Positions 23,351 to 34,851 of a stretch of DNA of 43,655 nt are shown here, piece by piece. Made by a program: the position numbers and the translations under genes. Where the stretch lies: positions 12,620,399-12,664,053 of the forward strand of contig NC_069001.1 of assembly GCF_001194135.2 (NCBI RefSeq), given 5' to 3'. Positions within the stretch are counted from its first letter, which is position 1, and the number at the start of each line of letters is the position of its first letter. Below the pieces are notes generated by a model. The model had not been told where the DNA came from. It searched no databases and saw only the letters and a program-made list of their open reading frames with translations. Source of the stretch: Octopus bimaculoides (lineage: Eukaryota).

Positions 23351-23676
23351 GGAAAGGTAGGTAGATAGATATTTATGTGATTACATACGTACAAAGATTC
23401 TCGTCTATATGATATCATGCTACAGACGACAGGAAATGTAAGGAGTTTGTGGAAAATTGCAGTTACTGAAAATTCCAAACATTGTGATCGAACCCAAGAA
23501 CGCGTTGCTGGATAGGGAACTTCTTCATCATACGGATATTCTGTACCTACATGTCCCTATATATGTAGAATGAGTACTTTGAGAAAATAAACACGAATAT
23601 AAATTGGAGAAAGAAACCGGTTGTAACGATGAATGATCTTTTAACTCAACAGATAATCCTATAACTTGCAGAGACA

Positions 23677-23701
23677 CTGATGAAACCAGGAATAGTGAAA
23701 C
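23677..23701 (+). ncRNA. Hammerhead-like catalytic core (partial)
   Basis: CTGATGA-a-acca-GGAA-tagt-GAAAC: canonical core boxes and a stem II of 3/4 pairs closed by a GNRA loop. Stems I and III are not convincingly formed. Confidence 0.3.
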
Positions 23702-23832
23702 TGTTACATATACATATATGTATACCTTTGACTTAATCATAGGAGCCCAATTTCGCTGAAAACGAAGGCTGATTTATGTCATCGTAAACGATAAGTGTAT
23801 CTTGGTGGCTAAGGCAGTTCTCAGAGTAGAAG

Positions 23833-23870
<38 letters not shown>

Positions 23871-24014
23871 AACGATTGAGACAAAGAGAAAGGAAGATAT
23901 AGATATACTGCACCAACTTCATTGCTGTTATATTTAATACGACAAACTAATAATTATACTAATAATAACGATAATGATTCTTTCTTTTCTACAGGACAGA
24001 TGACCAGCAAGATG

Positions 24015-24170
24015 AAAGATGATAACATCGACCTCAGTAACCAACTGGTACGTATCTTATCGACCCGAAATGATGGAAGACAAAGCTGAGCTCGTTGAGA
24101 TTCTATCTCAGAAACCAAACAGCGGAAAGAAATAACGGAAAGTATTGTATACGACATACTACCTCCTCGA
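24015..24170 (-). mobile_element. SINE family B, old copy
   Basis: gataacatcgacctcagtaaccaactggtacgtatcttatcgacccgaaatgatggaagacaaagctgagctcg parallels gattacatcgaccccagtgcgtaactggtacttaatttatcgacc...gaatgaaatgcaaagtcgacctcg at 33008-33085. Confidence 0.75.
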
Positions 24171-24324
24171 CCAACGGACCGCATTTCATTAGGAACCTTT
24201 GTCGTAAATATATACATAAATATATTGTGTCTGCAGTTAAGACTGACTGGTCATCGGTGTATTGCCTTAGATCATAGCTTATATGGGTGAATCAACAACA
24301 CTAATCAACGTCATTTGCTATAAA

Positions 24325-24381
<57 letters not shown>

Positions 24382-24418
24382 ATATAAACATGTGTGTGTG
24401 TGTGTGTGTGTACATATA

Positions 24419-24449
<31 letters not shown>

Positions 24450-24527
24450 CTGTACATATATGTGTGTGTGTGTATGAATATGTATTGATTGGTAGATATG
24501 TAAGTAGATAGAGAGAGGCAAGCAGAT

Positions 24528-24572
<45 letters not shown>

Positions 24573-25716
24573 TAGAGAAAGATACTTGCATGCATACAGG
24601 CAGACAGACAGAGACAGACAGACAGAGATATGCATATGCGCGCATGCATTACTTGCGAGTGAAAGTGTGTCCGTTTGTGAAAAAGAACACACACCTTTAC
24701 ATAAACACACATATATTCATACATACATACACGTACACATACATACATACATACATACATACATACATACATACATGCATGCTTATACAGAGAGAGAGAG
24801 AACCACTTACGCTGGACTTCCCGCAGATCGTGATAAGGCGGTAAACTCCAGCTCAACAGTCAATCGAGGTCGGAAAGAAATTACCAACAGAGAAAGATGA
24901 AACTCAAAACCCGGACTACGAGCGTATTGTTCTTCCGACCTCACACATAAACGCACAAGCGCACAATCAAATAAACACATACACACATACGTACGCAAGC
25001 ACGTTTACAGGGACAAATACACACTCACACACGCTCATACATTCATACATACAGTGCGCATGCACGTACACACAAAAAAACATACGTATAGGCTCATACG
25101 CTCAGGCAGAAATTCACAAGCATATACATTTGTTTTACAGGTTTTATTGCATACATACATACATACATACACAAATATATACATACACACATATATAGAC
25201 ACACACACACATATATATATATACGTACATTCATTCATGCATACATACATACATGTATACACACGCACATGCATATGTCCATTCATTTGTATGTAAGTAT
25301 GTCTATGTCTGTTTGTATCCACATGCATACAACCATACACACATGTATGCACGCATACAGGAGTCCTTACATATATACACACACACATACATATATTTNN
25401 NNNNNNNNNNNNNNNNNNNNNNNNNNNNNNNNNNNNNNNNNNNNNNNNNNNNNNNNNNNNNNNNNNNNNNNNNNNNNNNNNNNNNNNNNNNNNNNNNNNN
25501 NNNNNNNNNNNNNNNNNNNNNNNNNNNNNNNNNNNNNNNNNNNNNNNNNNNNNNNNNNNNNNNNNNNNNNNNNNNNNNNNNNNNNNNNNNNNNNNNNNNN
25601 NNNNNNNNNNNNNNNNNNNNNNNNNNNNNNNNNATTTATATATTTATATATATACATACATATATATATAAATATATATATACAAATATATATAAATATA
25701 TATATACAAATATATA

Positions 25717-25767
<51 letters not shown>

Positions 25768-26167
25768 GCATATATACACACATATATACACACATAAATG
25801 TATATATATATATATAAACACACATATGTATTTACGTGTACGTCTATGCCGAACTGATGATAAATCAGCCGTTACTACACCCTGTCTATAATTTTAGACT
25901 TATACCAATAATTATTCTAACACCTGGCTTCGTGACTAACTGCCTCGATAGCAATCTTAAGAAACTGCATTTCATAAAACCAAGAAGATGTCTAATCAGA
26001 AGATTGCCACAACTATCTGTCAAAGGTTGTGTTGAAATATTTGAAACCTTCACTAAAGTTAATGTGTAAGAGCCACATATGTAATGACGACTATGGCAGT
26101 GTTTTTCCAGAGTGTTCAAAAATGTGCGCATGCCCTAATACATACAAACACACGCGCGCGTGCACAC

Positions 26168-26211
<44 letters not shown>

Positions 26212-26254
26212 GTATACACAAATATACATATGTGCGCCTATATATATATTATTT

Positions 26255-26665
26255 TATTCTTTCTTTTATTTGTTTCAGTCATTTGACTGCGGCCATTTTG
26301 GAGCATCGCCTTAAAGGGTTTTACTCGAACAAATCGACTCCAGGACTTATCCTTTGTAATCCTAGCTACGGGGACGTAAACACAACAATATCGTAAACAC
26401 AACAATTGTAAAACGATGGCGGGGGTGGGGACAATCACAGACAAAGACACACACGTAAATACACACACACATGCACACACACACACACACACATTCTCAC
26501 TCTCTCACTCTCACACACGGGCTTCTTTCAGTTTCCGTCTACCAAATCCACTCACAAAGCTTTGGTTGGCCCGGGTCAATAGTAGAAGACACTTGCCAAA
26601 GGTGCATCGCAGTGGGACTGAACCTGGAACCATGTGGCTAGGAAGCAAGCTTTTTACCACACATG
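26255..26665 (-). mobile_element. SINE family A, near-full-length copy with a small internal deletion
   Basis: The minus strand reads tgtgtggtaaaaagcttgcttcctagccacatggttccaggttcagtcccactgcgatgcacctttggcaagtgtcttctactatt (tRNA head plus CORE-like block), then (TG)n, then tail ...gctccaaaatggccgcagtcaaatgactgaaacaaataaaag. Confidence 0.92.
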
Positions 26666-26759
26666 CATTTATATATAAATACCTGTATGTATGTATGTAT
26701 ATATATTTTTGCATGTATATATACATACATGTTTAATTGGGTGTGGTGGGTGAGAGAGA

Positions 26760-28560
26760 GAATGCGATATTTTATTGGTTACCAATGATGTAAACTTTCA
26801 GATGTAAAATTTTCTCATAAATACACAAGAAAAACTCAAGAATTTTTGAAGCTTAGCTCCTTCTACCCATTCGGTAAAGCGTAATGCGTGAAAAATCATC
26901 CAACAATTTTAAGGCATATTTCCAAGAGATTTAACAAACTTTTAAATCTCTAAACATATCTATATTACGTGACATAAAAATATTTGTAGGAAATTGATAG
27001 TCTTACATGTATTGGCACCTCTTTAACAGTATTACAAATAGCTACAAGAAAAAGCACCTTTGGCACTGATCCTGCTATTAATTTTGAGACCAAAGAAATA
27101 GCTATCAGCATAAAAAACATATTATAAAAAGTATATATTTTAGCACTCGCTGAACCATACATCACATTGAAAGATCATAAAGACAATTTTCTTGCCAACT
27201 CCAGATATAGATTAATGTATCCGGAGAAAGACTTAAGATGGTCAAGGTCAAGAAAATATATTCTAAATTCCATTAGTTTTAATGTTAAACGATCACTTCC
27301 TTTCCGATACTGAATAACATTTTATCCATTAACAAGTGGTTCAATAGTAGAAATAAAACATATCTTTGTAAATATATGCAGTTCCATACATTAGTATTCG
27401 ATCCATCTTCATCTTTAAATGCTTTACAATAAGTTAGAGAATTTTGTCCAGAGTAGTAAATTGAACATTATTTGTTCATTAGAACATCGTTACTGTTTTA
27501 CGATAATTTCTCCCGATAAAGCGTAATGGCCAACAATTGTTTTGATGTAGTCATGATATCTTAAGATACAGCTATGCTTTATGAATTGAGACGTATATCG
27601 TAGATGAACTTAGAAAAAAATTCCTCCACAGATTTCGGCATTTACAGTGATGATGGACTACACATTTTCTGAAGCACGACTGACCATGTAATAGATGTTG
27701 TTAAGAAGATGTTCATTAAGAAAATTCATGCCTTACATGTATAAATCATACTAGATACGAATCTAGGAATACTTAGTTGCTTAGATGCAACAGTTAAATT
27801 ACTTACTATTAAATATTGCCTTTATGTAAACCGAACGAGAAATTGTAGCCTGCAAAGATCAGCAAAAATTAATATCATTACCAAACGCATATTTACCTTA
27901 TCCTATGACGCAGAATTTTTTAACCATACTGCTCATTATCACAACGGCATACGAAGGACACAGTTTTCAAAATTAGGATACATTGCCAATTGAATAACTC
28001 TAATTTGTGCAAAGGCAAATGTTGAACTGATAATAATACATTGCATAATCCTCTTTCTAGTTAAAATTACTGTTCCAGCCTTGTTAGTATTTTCCTAATC
28101 TCTTGAAATAAGCATTTGTCAGTAAGTCACAAAGATGAGATATTTATAATATTTAAAGTAAGCTACAAAACTTTTCCGCTTCCATATCCATTATAAACAA
28201 CTGAAATCATATTTCTCTCCATCAACGTAAATGCAACAATGCTAATATATGTTCTCTCAACGGGATTTGTTCTTTTAAACGCCATACGTATATGTTTAGA
28301 CACTGAGACAGGTTCATCATCACATCTCTACATAAATATATCTAATTTTTCAAAAATGATAATATTAACAATTTTAAAATTGATTGAGCCATTATGGAAC
28401 ATGTCCACCACAACACTGATGCTTCCAGAAACGGATTACCTTTGTCGTTGGATTAGTATGCAGTCTGTTACGAGATGCTGAAATATCGAAGCAGATCGGA
28501 ATTGGTAAATTCTGTAAGACGCTTCTAATCATTAAGGAATTTTTCAACTGGCAATTGTGT
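26760..28560 (+). pseudogene. Decayed Penelope-like retroelement (RT, Cys-rich linker, probable endonuclease remnant), Naiad-like
   Basis: Manual translation across stops and frameshifts gives, in order: NSITNSYKK; INFETKEIA; EPYITLKDHKDNF (27158-27190); SINKWFNS..K..CKYMQF; RTSLLFYDN; FDVVMIS*DTAMLYEL; FGIYSDDGL (YxDD, 27643-27660); DTNLGILSCLDATVKL..KY..Y/KPNE; KRIFTLSYDAEFFNH; HNPLS; IFKVSY; SIINN*N; RKCN..NICSLNGIC (about 28225-28270). The motif order is collinear with PLE RT-linker proteins as I recall them. Confidence 0.85.
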
Positions 28561-28877
28561 AACATATATTGTTATATTTTATTATATTTTTTTACATTTT
28601 TTCTATACACTGAATGATAATCATATAAATAAGGTTTGCATTTATTTTACCCTAAAACTTCATTCGCAATCTCCTTGGTAAAGTTTGTCTTATTTATATG
28701 ACATTTATATAACATGAAGACATCACATGATTTCACTTATGAATATATGATAATGTGATGTGTTCTGCGCATGACAGGTGTATAGATGAATGTGTGACAG
28801 GTCTTCGAACGTTTTTGTAGAAAACATTCAAATAGATAGATAAATAGATAGATCTATATTTATGTGTGTATATATAC

Positions 28878-28933
<56 letters not shown>

Positions 28934-28934
28934 A

Positions 28935-28965
<31 letters not shown>

Positions 28966-29826
28966 AGGGAGAGAGATGATAGACAGAGAGATAGATATAT
29001 AAATACATACATACTCACATATATACATGCATACATACATATATATATACAAACATAGAATCATAAATGCGCAGAAGAATACATACATACGCAGACACAG
29101 ATACATAAGTATGTGTGTGTAATACAAAATGGTGGTTCACAGGTATGTACGTATCTAGTTATGTATATACGCAAAAGCGAAATACTCTTGAATATGAATG
29201 GAATTATTCATTCGGGAATAATTTCTAGAGAAGCAAGCTTTAGACGCACACACACACAAACACACACACACACACACACAGGCACAGATACATATATGCA
29301 ATCACAAATAGACACAAACGCACATATCTACACTCTCATGCATCCATACATAGACTTTTATGGAGATATACGAACACATACACACACAAGAAGTTCTTTC
29401 TGTTTTTCACACACTTTTCCCTTTTCTCCCTTTATCCCTATCTTTCTGTCTGTTTGTCTCTTTAAATACATATAGACACAGACATACGCAAACGCACACA
29501 CAAATGTACTTCAATATATAAATATTGTAATACCAGTAGAGGTTATTATAAGCCAAAATTCAATATGATTTCAAAAGTAACGCTATAACCTTCAACTCAA
29601 TACCAAAGCAGGAAGTTTGTTTGAATTAGTTCACTTTGAAAACGTCGTAAGTGATGGACCCTTGATGAAACTGCAGCGACAACTAGGATGCATAATTGCA
29701 TACGGAGTAATGTGCAGTTGCTGCAATAGAAACATATGTCGGTCATTGTTATATATTGTGTAGAAAACTTTTTTAATAAAAAAAGTTTTGGATGTGAATA
29801 AACCTCCACTCTACTCCTCGTTTTCA

Positions 29827-29861
<35 letters not shown>

Positions 29862-30230
29862 CATGTATGTATATATAATGTGTGTAGATACATCTGTGTC
29901 TATATAAGTGCTTGTACACACACACACCCGGACAAATATATGAGTATAGATATATCAATACATATGTATGCAACCTTGCACACAAACACACGCCCAGAAA
30001 TCACAGGGACACACATACTCATATACATGCACATACATATAAGCATATATATATATATATATATATATATAAATGCGCATGTGTGGATATGTATCTGCAT
30101 ATGTGTGTATCTGTGTGTGTGTGTGTGTGTGTGTGTGTTATCGTTGCTATTACAAAGTTCTGTGACATACAAAGCTTAGTAGTCGTATCATGAGAGATGA
30201 AACAGTCAGTCACTCACTACACACATACAA

Positions 30231-30262
<32 letters not shown>

Positions 30263-30569
30263 TCCCAGACACACACTCACACATACATAAAAATACACAT
30301 AGATGTATTAATATATACTCACGCACACACAAATATGCATACCCACTCACGCACAGAAACACACACACTTAGTATCATAAATACGCGCCCATTTTTCTTG
30401 GTAAATTTTCGAATTTTTTCCTTTCTTTTTTACTAAATTTTCTCATTCATTTTCTTTTCACAACGCAAAAATTTCGCAAAAATAATTTCGCAACGAAGAA
30501 TTCTAAAGAACTGCAACGAAACATCGGCGGAGGAATGAGAGTGACGGGATGAGTTTTGGATAGGAGGAT

Positions 30570-30968
30570 CTTGGAGAGCAGTAGTTCTGGTGGTGGTTGT
30601 GGTGGTGATGGCGGTGGCGGTGGTAAGAGTAATAGTAGTAGTAGTAGTAATAGTAGTAATAGTAGTATTGGTGATGTAATTATAGCAGCGGTGGTGTGAT
30701 GGTTGTAGTAGTAGTAGTAGTAGTAACAATTGTAGTGGTGGTGGTAGTGGCTGTTGTAGGAATGGTCATCGTAATTCTAGTAGTAGTAATAGTAGTAGTA
30801 TTAGCAGCAGCAGCAGCAGCAGTAAGAGTAGTAGTAGTAGTAGTAGCAATTGTAGTGGTGGTGGTCGTGGCTATTGTAGGGATGGTCATCGTAATTCTAG
30901 TAGTAGTAGTAGTAGTAGTAGTAGTAATAATAGTAGTAGTGTTGGTCGTGGTAGTCGTGGTAGTAGTG

Positions 30969-31008
<40 letters not shown>

Positions 31009-31330
31009 CAGAAAGTTGTGGTGGTGGTAGTGGTGGTGGTGGTGGTAGTGGTGGTGGTGGTAGTTGTGGTGGTGGTAGTGGTGGTTATTTTGGCGGTGGT
31101 GATGGTGGTGATGACGATGATGGTGATGACGATGACGATGATGATAACGTTGACGACAACGACGATGGTGATGACGATGATGACGATGAAGATGGTAATG
31201 ATGATCACGACTACAATGATGATGACGACGATGGTGATGACGATGATGATGACGACGATGGTGATGACGATGATGATGACGACGATGGTGATGACGATGA
31301 TAACGATCACGATGGTGGTGGTGATGACAG
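30570..31330. repeat. Triplet-repeat block (GTA/GGT/GAT/GAC) with a 120-bp internal duplication
   Basis: caattgtagtggtggtggt.gtggct.ttgtagg.atggtcatcgtaattctagtagtagt occurs at about 30727 and 30847. Source of the 304-aa V/G/D ORF. Confidence 0.95.
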
Positions 31331-32342
31331 CTTCAAAGAGAAGCAAAATGATTTAAATGTTAGCGTTTATATTCTTTGTAGTATTGTTGCTGTTGCTGTC
31401 GCTGTTGTGTTATTGCTTAGTTGGAGGACGGCTCTGATTGATGAGAGCTTTAATCAAAAGCAATCCATCCGTGGCTGTCAAGTCATTTCAATTCTATCTT
31501 CAAGCTATTATACACGTTATATTATACAACGCAGTGGATTTACTTGTTTTGATGTTTCGTTTTTTTTGTTTTGTTTTGTTCTTCTTTTAAGAAAGCTGCG
31601 CAGGATTTGAGGGTTATGTTGGTGCTCTTTCTATCATTGTTGGGGTTTGATAAAGTATGATAGCGTAGCATTACGTCGAAAACGTTTTAGCGGCGCAATT
31701 ACGTTGTGACTTCGAAGTAAGTTGCATCAACAGCAAAACCGCCAACAAATATGGCAACCACGATATTTGCAGCAACAAGAAAAACTGCAGTTATTTTTAC
31801 GGCAACGAATAAAAATGTGTGACGTTATGAACAACAACAACCGATGCACTAGCAACAACAACTGCAGTAACTTATGCAGCAACGAGAAAAGCCTTGTATG
31901 GTATAAACTATTGAAGTATGTGCTCCGGAAACAAAATCATTGCATCAACAACTGCGCCACCTGGAAATGTCTGTAACTATATAAACGACAAGTGTACCAA
32001 TAATAAAATCTGCCGCACCCAGGAAAAAAGTTTGTAACTTCTTAAACCATAACAGCAGGTGCAGCAATAACAATAACTGCAACAGTTGTTGCAGCAAGAA
32101 CAAACTTTGCAACAAGTTTTGCAGCAAAAGTAACACTTGTTGCAGCAAGAGTGAAAAGAGCAACAATATGCATAGCAATATCTCTGCAATTAAACAAAAG
32201 TAGAATATCTGTTGATGGAATAGCAACAGGTGAAGCGTTGATATTAACTCAAAACTCCTGCAATAATTTGCAGTATGAACAGCAATTTTATGGGGACAGT
32301 GTACGTCGGTTACATCGAGATCTGTACTTAACTAGTGTTTTA

Positions 32343-32715
32343 TTTTATTGACCATGAAATGATGAAGGGCAAAGGCGACCTCGGTGAAATTTGAACTCAG
32401 AAACAGAGATATGGAAGAAAGGCGGCGAGCTGGCAGAAACGTTAGCACGCCGGGCGAAATGCTTAGTGGTATTTCGTCTGCCGTTACGTTCTGAGTTCAA
32501 ATTCCACCGAGGTCGACTTTGCCTTTCAACCTTTCGGGGTCGATAAATTAAGTACCAGTTATGCACTGGGGTCGATGTAATCAACTAAATCCCTTTGTCT
32601 GTCCTTGTGTGTCCCCTCTATGTTTAGCCACTTGTGTGCAATAAAGAAATCAGAAAGACATATGGAAGAAATGCCGCTAATCATTTTGTACGACGTCCTA
32701 GCGTTTCTGTCAGTT
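32343..32715 (-). mobile_element. Older SINE B copy split in two (32343-32408 and 32672-32715) by a younger insertion
   Basis: ...gacctcggtgaaatttgaactcagaaacagagatatggaagaaa | tgccgctaatcattttg joins into the B consensus tttgaactcagaacgtaaagacagacgaaatgccgctaagcatttcg. Confidence 0.8.
32421..32659 (+). mobile_element. SINE family B, full-length young copy with a 12-bp TSD
   Basis: A-box-like tggcagaaacg, B-box gagttcaaattcc, central gcctttcaacctttcggggtcgataaattaagtaccag (Meta/MESC-domain-like from recall), tail aataaagaaat. Flanked by ATATGGAAGAAA at 32409-32420 and 32660-32671. Confidence 0.95.
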
Positions 32716-32749
32716 CACAACTTAAATAGCAATATTTGTTTACCCTATA

Positions 32750-32934
32750 GGCACCAGACCTGGTATTTTGTGGGGACAGCCTTGTCGATTACGTCGACCC
32801 CGGTCCTTAACTGGTATTTTTTTTATCTATGCTGAAAGGAGAAAAAACGAATTCAAACTTGGTAGCATTTGAATTCAGAAGGTTAATAAAGCAGAAAAAA
32901 ATACCGCCAAGTATTATGTCCGTCGCGCTAACGT
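32750..32934 (-). mobile_element. SINE family B, old copy
   Basis: ggcaccagacc...gtcgattacgtcgaccccgg...aactggtattt...atttgaattcagaagg...aaataccgccaagtatt...gcgctaacgtttct. Confidence 0.75.
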
Positions 32935-33165
32935 TTCTTATTTCTTTATTGTCCACGAGGGGCTAAACATAGAAGGGACAAACAAGGAGATACAAAGGGA
33001 TTAAGTCGATTACATCGACCCCAGTGCGTAACTGGTACTTAATTTATCGACCACCGAAAGAATGAAATGCAAAGTCGACCTCGGCGAAATTTGAACTCAG
33101 AACGTAACGACAAACGAAATACCGCTAAGCATTTCGCCCGGCGTGCTAACGATTCTGCCAGCTTT
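32935..33165 (-). mobile_element. SINE family B, full-length young copy
   Basis: Its reverse complement is roughly 88-90% identical to 32421-32659 by eye. ttcttattt on both sides (32935-32943, 33168-33176) is a possible TSD. Confidence 0.95.
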
Positions 33166-34851
33166 CGTTCTTATTTTCAGCATCAATAAAAGTGGCAACA
33201 AATGCTGCTGCAACAAGAAAACCATTGAAATAACCGATGTAGGAGACGCAAAACAGAAACTATTATTGTAGTGGGAAAATGAGTTAACAGATGCAAGAAC
33301 AACATAAATGACAACATAAATGTTGCTTGAAAAGTGAAAACTGGAATACTGTAAAAATTGTTACAAAGGAACAAGGAAAATAAAGCGACCAATGATAAAA
33401 TACAACAAACTACAATGATTGATGTATGAATAATAAAGCGCAACAACCTTTGCTACAATCGTAAAGAACGCAATACCTGTTGCAAGAGTAACAACTGTTC
33501 TACAAAGAAAAACTGCAATGATTTTGCAGGGACATCAATGACAAGAACAGTTACTAAAACAGCAAAAACTGCAATAAATGGTGTAAGAACAACAAAAGTT
33601 AACTTTTGCTTTATAATGGTAAAACCTGCAATACGTGTTGCAGGAAGAATGATATTGTTGCAACAAGAGCTGCAATGATTGTTGCAGAGACAGCAAACCC
33701 CCGACTGTTCCAACGAAGTGGTAAAACTGCAGTAAGTGTTGGAAGTACAACACCTGTTCTAGAAAAACAAAAACTGCAATAATTGTTGCAGTGATAACAA
33801 GCGCAGTTGCGAAAGGATAATAAACTGCAATTTCTGTTAGAGGAAACAATAAAAATGGTAACTTTTTCTACGACAAAACTGCAATAACTGTTCTAGAAAT
33901 AGTATATTAAAACTGTAATAAGAGCTGCAACAACAAAAATACCCAATGATAAAAACTGCAAGAACTATTGCAGCAAAGACCCTAAGTGCTGCTACAACAA
34001 CGAGAACAACAAACATTGCCAGAAATTTTTCAGCAACAACTGTTGGATCGCCAGTTATGATTGCAAAAACTGTTGCTGCTGTAATGATTGCTGCGACGAC
34101 AGACATGGAAATAACTGTTGCAGTTAAAGCAAAATCTACTACAGCACATGCATTGATAATAAAAGCAGCAAAATTTCGAACAACTCCAGCAGCAAAACTA
34201 AAACAACAGCTGCAGTGAAATCGACTGAAAAACAGCAGCAAAAACAAATTCAGCAACAGCTACAAAACTAAATGCAACAACTGCAACGAAACTAATTTGG
34301 TTATAGCAACTATGCTAACAACTACAGTAGAAAGATAAGTGCAGCATCAGCAGCAAAACCGATTACGAGACAGCAGCAAAAATGACTTTAACAACAGCAG
34401 CACTAACTGCTATCACAGCAGCGATACTAATAACAACAGTAAAATTAATTGTAACAATGCAACAATGTTCAGGAAAATTATTTAAACAACAGTAGCGAAA
34501 AAAGAAAAAAAAACAGCAACTCCAGCAATGATGCTAACATCAGCATCTACTGCTAAACTGCAACAAGTGCGAGAGCAGCAGCAAAATTAAGTACAACAGC
34601 AGCATTAAAACTAACGGCAAGGATACTAGTAATACTAACGAAAACAGCAGAAAAATTAGTTCCAGCTACAGCAGCGATTTCTAGCAAAAACAACAACAGC
34701 AGCATTAAAAATTGGCGGCAATAGGGCTAATGATGCTAACTACTACATCAGCAGCAGTAGCAACCACAGCAGCAGCAGCAAAAGTAACTGCAACAATAGT
34801 GGCAAGATTAACTACAAGTACAGCAGCATGACTCGCTGCACAGCAGCAGCT

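Larger units (their letters stand above)
31720..34850. repeat. Old degenerate (CAA/CAG/AAC)-derived low-complexity region, interrupted by SINEs at 32343-33176
   Basis: Recurrent aaaactgcaa/aaaactgcag, ctgttcta and cagcagc motifs. Confidence 0.8.

Noticed and set aside
25853-25870. CTGATGA near 25853
   Set aside because: No GAAA follows; it is just a ctgat/atcag mini-hairpin.
27290-27675. In-frame TGA codons in the Penelope-like RT as selenocysteine
   Set aside because: They fall where Trp or Arg is expected (TGG or CGA to TGA decay), and TAA/TAG stops and frameshifts are equally common.
29611-29646. Possible 35-nt exon before a GTAAGT donor
   Set aside because: The acceptor has no polypyrimidine tract.
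30696-31610. 304-aa V/G/D-rich ORF, and similar poly-amino-acid ORFs at 3939, 14625, 20391 and 37647
   Set aside because: Pure triplet repeats that are open in several frames and on both strands, with no splice or domain context.
33946-34218. 90-aa A/T/K-rich ORF
   Set aside because: It lies within the decayed CAA/CAG region; the composition is explained by the repeat.
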